NCBI GenBank assembly: GCA_040755995.1
Contig: JBFMAF010000035.1
Span: 234,021-298,020 of the forward strand
Direction: 5' to 3'
DNA: 64,000 nt
DNA from: Acidobacteriota bacterium
GTDB lineage: Bacteria; Acidobacteriota; CAIWXX01
Positions 55,982 to 64,000 of the stretch are shown piece by piece. The notes beneath the pieces were generated by a model, which saw only the letters and a list, made by a program, of their open reading frames with translations, was not told the origin of the DNA and ran no database searches. The position numbers and the translations under genes are program-made. Within the stretch, counting starts at the first letter, position 1. Every line of letters begins with the position of its first letter.

Positions 55982-56980
55982 CTACAGGGCGTTGAGAAAC
56001 TGCAGAAGTCTGTCGCCCGGTCGAAACCGAGCGGGTTTGACGTTCAGTGGTGTCGTTTTGGCGAGTGCCGCCTCCTTTAGAGCGAGATGAGCGTGCAAAT
56101 AGATTTGAGTGGTTTCAACGGACTCATGACCCGGCCAGAGCGCAATGACCGAAGTATCGACGCCGGCCTGCAGCAATTCCATGGCGGAACTGTGCCTCAA
56201 CACATGCGGCGTTACCCGTTTATGCCTCAGTGCAGGACAACGCTGCTTGGCGATGACGACGTATTTAGCCAGCAGGTACTGCACCGCATCGGCGCTGAGG
56301 CGACCTCCGTGAACATTAGGGAATAAGATGTCGTTGGTTCCTCGATCCGGTTCCTTCAGCCAAGCCTTCAAAACGGCAACGGTTTGTTTCGTCAATGGCG
56401 TGCAGCGTTCTTTGCGACCCTTGCCATGGCACCGAACATGCGCACCGCTGTCCAAGGCGAGAGCATGTCGATCGAGACTCGTCAGCTCCGATACACGCAG
56501 GCCGGTCTGTGCTGCCAGCTGAAGCAAGGCATGGTCGCGGCGTCCAATCCACGTGTGCGGATCGGGCGCAGCGAGGAGCGCTTCGATTTCCTCCCGTATA
56601 AGGAAGCCGACCATGGGGCGAGCTAAACGCTTACTGGGGATGGCCAAGACCCGCTGAATGTGCTCGGATTGCGTGGGCTCTTGGAAGGCGGCGTAACCGA
56701 AGAAGGAGCGGATGGCGGTCAGGCGCACATTGCGACTGCTTGCTGTGCTGCCGCGGCGCATCTCCAAGTCATCAAGAAACGCACCGACCAGCGGCGCATC
56801 AACGTCTGAGAGGTCCAAGCTGGACGGTGGCTTATGCCGTTGCTTTTGCGCAAAGTCCAAGAGCAGGCGGAAGGTATCGCGATAAGAGGCGATCGTGTGC
56901 GGGCTGGCCTCTCGTTGAGCCATCAAGCGTTGAGTAAAGAAGCTCTCCAGTAATGCTGGCAAGGTAGGCGGCGACTTCAT
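55982..56980 (-). CDS. RitC-like tyrosine recombinase
   Basis: SPHTIASYRDTF, TGLRVSE, GKGRKER, TPHVLRHS, WPGHES (usually WLGH), TQIY. Confidence 0.9.
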   Translation of the reverse strand: MKSPPTLPALLESFFTQRLMAQREASPHTIASYRDTFRLLLDFAQKQRHKPPSSLDLSDVDAPLVGAFLDDLEMRRGSTASSRNVRLTAIRSFFGYAAFQEPTQSEHIQRVLAIPSKRLARPMVGFLIREEIEALLAAPDPHTWIGRRDHALLQLAAQTGLRVSELTSLDRHALALDSGAHVRCHGKGRKERCTPLTKQTVAVLKAWLKEPDRGTNDILFPNVHGGRLSADAVQYLLAKYVVIAKQRCPALRHKRVTPHVLRHSSAMELLQAGVDTSVIALWPGHESVETTQIYLHAHLALKEAALAKTTPLNVKPARFRPGDRLLQFLNAL

Positions 56981-57909
56981 GGCCGCACCTCCCCTCGTTT
57001 TTCCAGCCGCCGAACTGCCTGGTGCATCAGCTCGGAGGACCCTGTCAGGTACCAGAAGGTGTCGCTGATATGCCCATGCCCCAAGTAAGCGGATAGCACC
57101 GGCAGACGGCGGTCGACGTCCTCGTTCGATCGATACCATCGCACTAAGGTTTCCGTCGCGAAGCGGTGACGGAAGTCCTGAAGGCGAGGACCGCGGCGAT
57201 CCGATGGGCCACGCAGCCCCGTTTTGCGTGAGAGTTGGTAAAAGGCGTGGCGCACGGTGGAGACCTCGGGTGGTCGGCCACAGTCACACAGCAAAAAGTT
57301 GGCCGCAGCGGGGTGGCGGACAGACGTGTCACGCTGTCGTGCGTAGTGGACGAGGACGCGCCGTGTGGAAGCATGCAGCGGCACCAGGCGAGACTTGCCG
57401 AACTTCGCCCCTCGAATCATGAGTAGACCGGCCTGTAGATCGACGTCGTCACGGGTGAGCGCAAGGGCCTCGCTGATACGCAAGCCGGTCACAGCCAGCA
57501 GACCGAACATGCAATAGTAGGTTAGGCCACGCAAGCCGCCGCTGGGCGGAAGTGTTTTGGCCGCTGCCATGAGCCGTCGAATTTCTTCCTCGCTATACAG
57601 GTAAGGCGTCGCGCGCCGTATGCGATACGACACGAGGCCTATTGGAGGAACTTCGGTCCGCGGATCCACACCGCTGCAATAACGTGCAAACCCGCGCACG
57701 GAGGTGAGCCGTCCGCCCCACGTGGCAGGTTGCGCATCAACAGACTCCATGGCCCACTTCAGAGCCAACTCGGTCGTAATATAGGAGGCTCTATGCTGTT
57801 CCATAAGGGAGAGGAAACGTTTTAACCGTCGCTCGTCATGCCGCAGCTTAAAGCCCAAGCCCCGCCGCATCCCCAAGTAGTTCTGTACCGCTTCTCTGAG
57901 CGTCTTCAT
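56977..57909 (-). CDS. RitB-like tyrosine recombinase
   Basis: YLGMRRGLGFKL, TGLRISE, KFGKSR, QDFRH (His replaced by Gln), YLGH, TFWYL. Confidence 0.9.
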   Translation of the reverse strand: MKTLREAVQNYLGMRRGLGFKLRHDERRLKRFLSLMEQHRASYITTELALKWAMESVDAQPATWGGRLTSVRGFARYCSGVDPRTEVPPIGLVSYRIRRATPYLYSEEEIRRLMAAAKTLPPSGGLRGLTYYCMFGLLAVTGLRISEALALTRDDVDLQAGLLMIRGAKFGKSRLVPLHASTRRVLVHYARQRDTSVRHPAAANFLLCDCGRPPEVSTVRHAFYQLSRKTGLRGPSDRRGPRLQDFRHRFATETLVRWYRSNEDVDRRLPVLSAYLGHGHISDTFWYLTGSSELMHQAVRRLEKRGEVRP

Positions 57910-59147
57910 CGCCCACCTCCCGGCCAGCGCAGTGCCAATGGACGCAACGCTGACAGGTCCACCTTCGCATATATCTGGGTCGTGTCCGGATGTTGATGGC
58001 GCAGCAGTTCACCGATCTCGCCCAGAGATGCTCCATGCCGGAGCATCTCAACGGCTAGCGTGTGTCTGAATACATGAGCGCCTGTGTGCGGCGAGTCCAC
58101 TCCAGCGTGGGCCAAGGCGCGTTGGACCAGCGTCGAGATGCCTGCGGAATTGGCAAAACCAACCCGTGGCGCATGCTCGCGAATAAACAGACGACGGCTC
58201 GCACAGCGAGGCCGCCCATCCTGCAGATATGCAGCGATCGCACCGCCTACCTCCGCGGGCAACGGCATTTGAGCCCATCTCCCGCCCTTCCCACGAACCG
58301 TCAGATGGCCCGCCTTCCAATCGATGTCGTCGAGTGTCATGGCAACAACCTCGCCCGCACGCAAGCCGAGTCTAGCCAGCAGGAGCAAGATCGCATAGTT
58401 ACGCCGGCCCAACGTGGTGCGCCGATTTCAGTGCACGAGCACTTGCTGCACTTGTCCCGGCTGCAAGAACTTGGGCAACGTCGAAAACGACCAGTTCGCG
58501 ACGGTCGGTACACAGGCCGCGAGGTCGCCTACAATCTTGCCGCGGTAGCGCAGGTAGCGCATAAAAGCCCGTAGCGCCCTGACCATGTGTTGCGCACTGC
58601 GCGGGCTGCGCTCGTGAACATGACGTTGAACGAATTTCGTCAGATCTGTGCCGCACAGGGCCGAAAACTCGGTGGGACCGGACCCAAATCGCTCCCAAAG
58701 GAACCGATGCACGATCGGAAGGTTAACGTGCGGAATCGCCGCCGACAGCCCTCGTTCCTGCAACAAGTATCGTTTGAAGTCTGCTTCCGTGCGCTCGCTT
58801 TCATCAACCGCGACCGGCGGTATCTCCTGATCAACGATTCCCCGATCGCGCAACATACCGAGGATCTTGTATGGTGCGGCGGAAGCCCCGCGATATCGAC
58901 CTATATAGTGCCTGCGACAATGAAGATACCGGTTGAGTGTCTCAGCGCCGATATCATTGACACCAAGTTCCCTGCGCTGCATCCAACGGCTCAAGTCGGC
59001 AACGATTTGCAGATGCACGCAAGCTGACGCGCGTTTGTAACCCTGCTCCTGCAGTAATGCTGCATACGCGTCTATGTGGACGCCAAGCGGACCTTCGTGC
59101 AGGCGACGAATTACCCCATGAAACTTGAAGAACGAACTCGTACTCAT
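57906..59147 (-). pseudogene. RitA-like tyrosine recombinase with an in-frame TGA at 58430-58428
   Basis: ORFs 58428..59147 and 57906..58412 share a frame: VLVH*NRRTTLGRRNYAIL; GLRAGE, HVFRH, LRH, TQIY. Confidence 0.88.
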
Positions 59148-59298
59148 GTCTTCTCCTTGACTCAAGATGTGAGAGAAGACATCAAACAATGCCGAGTGCG
59201 TGACCAGCAAGCAGGCTAAAACTGAGACCTAAAAGGAGCCACTCGGCATTTTCCGGGACTCGGCATTCTGTCTCAAATGCCGCATGCGGCATTTGCGT

Positions 59299-59490
59299 CA
59301 CAGGTTTGCCGTGACGCGGTTGGTGGCATGGCACCGCGGGGGGGCTGATGTGCAGGCGCGCCTGCCGCTGCTCGCGACCTACTTGGGCCACACCCGCTAC
59401 AGCGATACGGCTTACTACGTCACGGGCACGCCAGAGTTGTTGGGCCTTGCAGCAGCCCGCGCCTTCGGGCGCGATGGGTGGACGTCATGA
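59299..59490 (+). pseudogene. Outer RIT RitB-like recombinase, 3' fragment
   Basis: HRFAVTRLVAW...LPLLATYLGH...TAYY; ATGA overlap with the next gene. Confidence 0.87.
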
Positions 59491-60289
59491 ACAATCCCCC
59501 GAATCTGGCGGCGCTCTTGGAGTCTTTTTTCCGACGAGGGCTCATCGAGCAACGTAACATGAGTCCCTTGACCGTGGCCACCTATCGCGACGCACTGCGC
59601 CTCTTCGTGCTCTACGTCTCTGAGCGGGCCAAGCGCGAACCATGCCGGCTGGAGGTGCGCGATCTTGATCGTGACGTGGTGCTCGAATTCCTTGAGCACA
59701 TGGAGCGAGACCGACGAAACGGACCCCGGACAAGAAACTCTCGGCTGACCGCGATTCGTTCCTTCTTCCGTCACGTCGCCGCCAGCGACCCCGGTTCGCT
59801 GGCCATCGCCCAGCGGGTGCTGGATATTCCCAGTAAGCGCGCGATGTTGAAGGCCCCGGCCACCTGTCCGTTGATGAAGTGGATGCGCTGCTGGATGCGC
59901 CGGGCCGCCAGACCGCTTCAGGGCGACGCGATTACGCGCTTCTCCTTTTCCTGGCTCGCACCGGCGCTCGGGTATCAGAGGCCATCGGCGTCGATGCCGC
60001 TGATTTGCGGCTGGAACGGCCGCCGCACGTACTGCTGCGTGGGAAAGGCCGCAAGGAACGCCTGCTTCCGCTGGCGTCCGATCTCGCACGGGCGTTGGAG
60101 GGGCTATGTGGAGAACGTGGGCTCGGTCACAAGGAGCCATGCCCAATCTTCATAGGTACACGCGGTGAACGACTGACCAGGTTTGGCGTCACGCATGTGG
60201 TCCGCCGCGCCGTCAGGCGTGCGGCTGCGGGTACTGCGTGCCTTGGCCGAGCCAGGGTCTCTCCCCACCTCCTGCGCCACAGCCTAGCG
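59487..60289 (+). pseudogene. Outer RIT RitC-like recombinase, frameshifted and truncated
   Basis: LESFF..SPLTVATYRDA; frameshift near the C run at about 59853; TGARVSE, GKGRKER, SPHLLRHSLA, then homology stops. Confidence 0.85.
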
Positions 60290-60342
60290 AGGCGGGGCCT
60301 CAGACCGATGAACCATGCCAGGCCGCTTTGGCCCCGCCTCGC
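60284..60342. repeat. Dispersed repeat, copy B, with a 13-bp inverted repeat
   Basis: GCGAGGCGGGGCC (60287-60299) and GGCCCCGCCTCGC (60330-60342). Confidence 0.75.
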
Positions 60343-60371
60343 GTCGAGAGTCGACAGTCCAGGCATGGCTA

Positions 60372-61596
60372 GTAGCACGTTCCAGCAATAGGTGTACATA
60401 TCATGAAGATGCGAGTTCTTCGAATTTCCTCCACCGGTGAACAACCGGGGCTGCGTTGATCTCGGAGATGCCGAGGAGGATGCGCTGCTTCAGTTCATCG
60501 ATGGATCGGACACGGATACCTCTCAGGAAAGTGCGGGCCATCTTGCTGAATACGGTCTCGATCAGGTTGAGCCATGAACCGTACTTGGGGGTGTCGACGT
60601 AGCTGAAGCGGTTGGGGCGAGTGCTGAGGTATTGGCGAGTCTCCTCTGAGATATGTGCCGAATGGTTGTCCAGAATGATCCGGATGGTGCACTCGGGGGG
60701 ATAATGGGTGTCCAGGTCCTTCAGCAGGGCGATGAACTCGCGGCTCCTGTGGCGCCGTTCCACGCGTGCCGTCACATGACCGTCTTGCAGATCCACTGCG
60801 GCCAGTATGGATACGGTGCCGAGGCGCTTGTACTCGTAGTCCCTACCGATCGCCGGGTATTTACCCGGAACAGGGGGCAGGTCCGGCGCAGTGGTAGCAA
60901 TGGCCTGGACGCCGGGCTTCTCATCCACCGAGACAGTCACAACTCTGTTGCACGTGTCCGAGACGCCGTTCTGCCTTCGGAGTTCCACGTCCTGATAGAC
61001 CATCAACACCTCCTTCATCTTGGCGTCGAACTCCGGGTCGCGCTTCTCCAAGTAGTACTTCACCTTCTGTGGGCGCAGGGGATAGGAATCCAGAATTCTG
61101 TGAATGGTAGACTTGCTGGCATGCTGCAAACACGCATGGCCCTCCTTCAGAGCCAGCCTACGTACGTGCTCAGCCAACTGCCTCCGCGTCCAAAGTTCCG
61201 CGGCGTAGCCATGCTCCTTGGGCTTCGTACACGCCAAGTTGACAAGCCACGACTTCGCCTCGTCGGTGATCGTGGGTGGCCTAGGCCGATGGTAGGTATC
61301 CTTGAGCCCCGCTTCAAGACCCATCTCCAGCGTCTTGCGGATACATTTGTAGGTCGTGACCCGGCTCACGCCTACCGACCTCTGAATCCCGGCTATCGAG
61401 GTGCCCGTGTGATAGAGCCACAGGACTCGCGCGCGTTCCACCTCTCGCACCGGCCCCGTGCGCGACTTGCGAAGCTCGTCCAACCTCGCCTTCTCCTGCT
61501 CTGTGAGTGCCAATTTGGGAAGTCTGGTCTTGTTTGCCATGCATGAAGTATGGCATATTCTGATCCATATGTAAAGTTAATGCCGGAACGTTGTAC
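60372..61596 (-). mobile_element. IS630-family insertion sequence
   Basis: Imperfect terminal IRs (18/22 including the flanking CTAG); TA on both sides (60370-60371 and 61597-61598). Confidence 0.9.
60401..61540 (-). CDS. IS630-family DDE transposase, intact frame
   Basis: HTH N-terminus; VDEKPGVQA, YKRLGT, ILDNHSAH, TPKYGSWLNLIE. Confidence 0.93.
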   Translation of the reverse strand: MANKTRLPKLALTEQEKARLDELRKSRTGPVREVERARVLWLYHTGTSIAGIQRSVGVSRVTTYKCIRKTLEMGLEAGLKDTYHRPRPPTITDEAKSWLVNLACTKPKEHGYAAELWTRRQLAEHVRRLALKEGHACLQHASKSTIHRILDSYPLRPQKVKYYLEKRDPEFDAKMKEVLMVYQDVELRRQNGVSDTCNRVVTVSVDEKPGVQAIATTAPDLPPVPGKYPAIGRDYEYKRLGTVSILAAVDLQDGHVTARVERRHRSREFIALLKDLDTHYPPECTIRIILDNHSAHISEETRQYLSTRPNRFSYVDTPKYGSWLNLIETVFSKMARTFLRGIRVRSIDELKQRILLGISEINAAPVVHRWRKFEELASS

Positions 61597-61638
61597 TAGC
61601 TCGTAGGTGCCCAAGGCCGGTTTAGAATCTAATGGCAG

Positions 61639-62268
61639 TCATGAGCCTTCATCGCTCGGTGATGCCCTATACACCCATCTGGGATCGGCGGCGTTGAGAT
61701 TCCTGATCTCGTGCTCAGAAGTTATGCAGATATGCAGGTCTTCATCGCGGATGGGTTGTCCAGGCGTATGGGGGTAGTACAACCAACCTGCGCCCTCACG
61801 GGCCGGCGACCAACTGACAGCAAATGGGCCGAAACTAATACGTGTTCCGCTGCCGGTACCATGCTGAATCGATGGATCCGACACATCGAGCACAGTCCCT
61901 CCATCCGATCGGAAGCACCAAAGGTAGTGCGTTCTCTCGGGGCTCGTGGCTTGACCGTCAAGAACGAACGCACCATAGGTCGACCCCTGTCTGACCAAGA
62001 CGACCATACCGTCTCGAACGGGGTCGGGAGTTGCTGCACTAATACCGTTTCGCCATTCGTGCTCACAGGTCGCGAATCCAGGGGCTGCACATAGGACTTT
62101 GCACTCTCCAGGGCTGGGCACGAAACCAAGGGGAAGAGCGATGGTTTGCTCTCGCGTAGAGCCGCAGATGGAACAAGTCTCGTAGCGTTTGGGAACGCCG
62201 CACCCGACCGCTACCAGGAGCAGAACGAGTAGTGCCGCGATCAAGCAGTGAACGTTCGTATCTCGCAT
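61639..62268 (-). CDS. Hypothetical lipoprotein (possible immunity protein)
   Basis: GGAGG RBS; lipobox LVAVGC; CSICG...CEHEW. Confidence 0.6.
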   Translation of the reverse strand: MRDTNVHCLIAALLVLLLVAVGCGVPKRYETCSICGSTREQTIALPLGFVPSPGECKVLCAAPGFATCEHEWRNGISAATPDPVRDGMVVLVRQGSTYGAFVLDGQATSPERTHYLWCFRSDGGTVLDVSDPSIQHGTGSGTRISFGPFAVSWSPAREGAGWLYYPHTPGQPIRDEDLHICITSEHEIRNLNAADPRWVYRASPSDEGS

Positions 62269-62593
62269 TGAGCGCCTCCGTCTGGCCTCGACTGGCTGGG
62301 CCAGACTCGATCTGAAATCCGTGGCTTGATATTGGAAGAATCTACGCTTGGGTCCCGGCACGGATCGAATGGACGGGGCCATTCCCCGCGGCCGGGATCC
62401 TTCGGCTCCTTGTCGAATGGGCTATCGACCTCCGCCGAGCAAGTTCTTCATCCAGGCGAACTCCGGTCTCCCCACAATCGAAATGTCAACGCGCACTTGG
62501 TATTGACCCCTTCTTGAGCATCTAGAATTGACCCGTTCGTTGGCCTGCCCTGACTGCAATTCGCTCGCACTCCCACAGCTGCGAATAGCTCGA

Positions 62594-63103
62594 CTAATGG
62601 TCCAGCGTGAAAAACGGGCGGACACTGCACCAGACCTCCAGTTCGTCACCCGCGGACCCCGGTTCGCGTCCGCGATATATCAAGACGATCACTATGCGCG
62701 TAGTTCGATCCTTGTCGACCCACGATGCAAATAGTTGGTCTATTGGCTGCCTACCCCCTGCAGCGCTATCTGGCGACTGCGTCGAGATATACGACCGCTC
62801 CCAAATGCACCTCCCCATCGCGTCCGCAGTGTGTTCCTGCAGACCCATCTGTGCGAATTCCCGCTTCAAGAAGGTCAGAACGTCATCGGCTGGATACGGT
62901 GTTCTGATCCGGTAGCACAGAGTTCGAACCTCGGAGTCTTGGTCGGGTCCTGTCTGGATGTCGTAGGCCCCAGAGTACACAGGAAGGTGATCTATGCCCA
63001 CTCGGTTCTCACCGGGTCCCGCGGACGGCTTCTCTTGACACGCCAGCATCCCGCCGAGGACGAGCAGCAAGGGCAGGAGCAGTGTGGCAAACGCGCGAGC
63101 CAC
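62594..63103 (-). CDS. Hypothetical lipoprotein downstream of the RHS tip (possible immunity protein); start uncertain
   Basis: Hydrophobic stretch plus MLAC lipobox; LPVYSGA and YPADDVLTF within ORF 62594..63535. Confidence 0.55.
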   Translation of the reverse strand: MARAFATLLLPLLLVLGGMLACQEKPSAGPGENRVGIDHLPVYSGAYDIQTGPDQDSEVRTLCYRIRTPYPADDVLTFLKREFAQMGLQEHTADAMGRCIWERSYISTQSPDSAAGGRQPIDQLFASWVDKDRTTRIVIVLIYRGREPGSAGDELEVWCSVRPFFTLDH

Positions 63104-63384
63104 GGCACACGAGGCGCCTGCCGACTCGGGAACACTGTAGCATGCCGGCGTGGGTCGGAAGATAGAGGCCGGCCATTCCCTCGGCGTCGGCACAACGGAC
63201 CGAAGTGAGAACCACGCTCCGGGAATCGGTCGATGGGGCGTCTCCATTGGTCCCCGCTGCCCTGCCTCGCTGGTTAGAATCCGGATAGCGGCTCCACGGA
63301 AAGGCGGAGCACTCCGGTCCGAGCCCACGTAGCCGGGGTTTCGTTGCTGAGGTGCCATGCAGGTCTGCCCGCGTGGACGACGCG

Positions 63385-63933
63385 CTAGGACTCGGGGACG
63401 CGGCAATGCCACCCGTAAAATGGCACGAGCACCCCGAGCGTGCTCGTATACAGCGTATGTCTGGTGCGTTCCTGCTCTATCTCTAGAGCCCGCCTTCGCA
63501 CCATGCGGTCGTATATCCAGCACTTGGGATAGCATTCGCAGTCCCTATAGCATGCCTCCCACCTTGCCTGAACTACTTCCCTCGCATAGGCCGTTACATA
63601 TATTATGAACTTGTGCCAGAGGCATTGCCCGATGGTTGGCGTAATCGGCACCACTGCTAGGAGCGACCACTGCGTCTCCTGTTCGATGTCCGTTCGAAGA
63701 AGGTGACGAGCCCGCAGTTTCGCGGTCGTCCTCCAGTCCTCCTTTGGCACGCAGTACGGCTTAAGGCCACTGGGATCAGTCACGGAGGTAGGCCGATTCA
63801 TGACATAACCATACATGTTGACATCCGATGCTTCCCCGGCCGGGTCCTCGGTGGTGAACCTGCCCGTCTTCGCGTCATAGTATCTAGCACGTATTAGATG
63901 CTGTAAGCGACTTTTCGCCTCTCCCACCCGCAT
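63385..63933 (-). CDS. Orphan RHS core end with a Cys-rich C-terminal toxin-like domain
   Basis: RARYYDAKTGRFTTEDP..NMYGYVMNRP...DPSGL followed by about 125 aa of unrecognised sequence. Confidence 0.85.
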   Translation of the reverse strand: MRVGEAKSRLQHLIRARYYDAKTGRFTTEDPAGEASDVNMYGYVMNRPTSVTDPSGLKPYCVPKEDWRTTAKLRARHLLRTDIEQETQWSLLAVVPITPTIGQCLWHKFIIYVTAYAREVVQARWEACYRDCECYPKCWIYDRMVRRRALEIEQERTRHTLYTSTLGVLVPFYGWHCRVPES

Positions 63934-64000
63934 AGAATCAACTACTTGGCTGGGACGAACGGCCGAAGCGCAAGAATAGATGCTGTGCCAAGTCGTTGAT

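Larger units (their letters stand above)
55875..59298 (-). mobile_element. RIT (recombinase-in-trio) element, about 3.4 kb
   Basis: Three overlapping tyrosine recombinases; perfect 31-bp inverted repeats at 55875-55905 and 59240-59270; removing it rejoins HDLR|HRF. Confidence 0.92.

Noticed and set aside
58428..58430. Selenocysteine TGA in RitA
   Set aside because: Non-catalytic position in a recombinase, no SECIS recognised, and other lesions nearby; a TGY-to-TGA nonsense change is simpler.
61600..63400. Integron cassette array
   Set aside because: No convincing RYYYAAC...GTTRRRY attC sites and no IntI; the RHS context explains these genes better.
1..64000. CRISPR array, tRNA or rRNA
   Set aside because: No regularly spaced repeats, cloverleaf or rRNA signatures were seen by eye; a tRNAscan-SE/Infernal run would be needed to be sure.

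Overview
GC-rich bacterial chromosomal window. GWxTD-TPR, Thr-type sulfatase-TPR and carboxypeptidase-domain TonB receptor genes suggest an Acidobacteriota-like anaerobe (inference). Positions 1-54 kb are mostly housekeeping, envelope and catabolic genes: RluA, EamA, a secreted beta-propeller/CARDB protein, a DUF6029-like barrel with two TlpA redoxins, a Tat-signal AmrS radical SAM enzyme, a PIN toxin-antitoxin pair, ComM, MltD, an aminotransferase/Lrp/saccharopine-dehydrogenase-family trio, a TetR-HlyD-ABC-TolC efflux operon, and a CoA-dependent anaerobic catabolic cluster split by a HEPN gene pair. The most striking gene is an 891-aa tandem tyrosine phenol-lyase/tryptophanase whose two halves lost complementary active-site residues, so it would form a single-chain pseudo-heterodimer with one active site. 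From about 54.1 kb to the end lies a decaying mobile island: a primase relic, an XRE pseudogene, a RelE/ParE toxin-antitoxin pair, a RIT element with perfect 31-bp inverted repeats inserted exactly into the HDLRH motif of another RIT recombinase, an IS630 element, and an orphan RHS toxin tip with lipoprotein neighbours. No rRNA, tRNA or CRISPR array was recognised. All family calls are motif recognition by eye, not database results.
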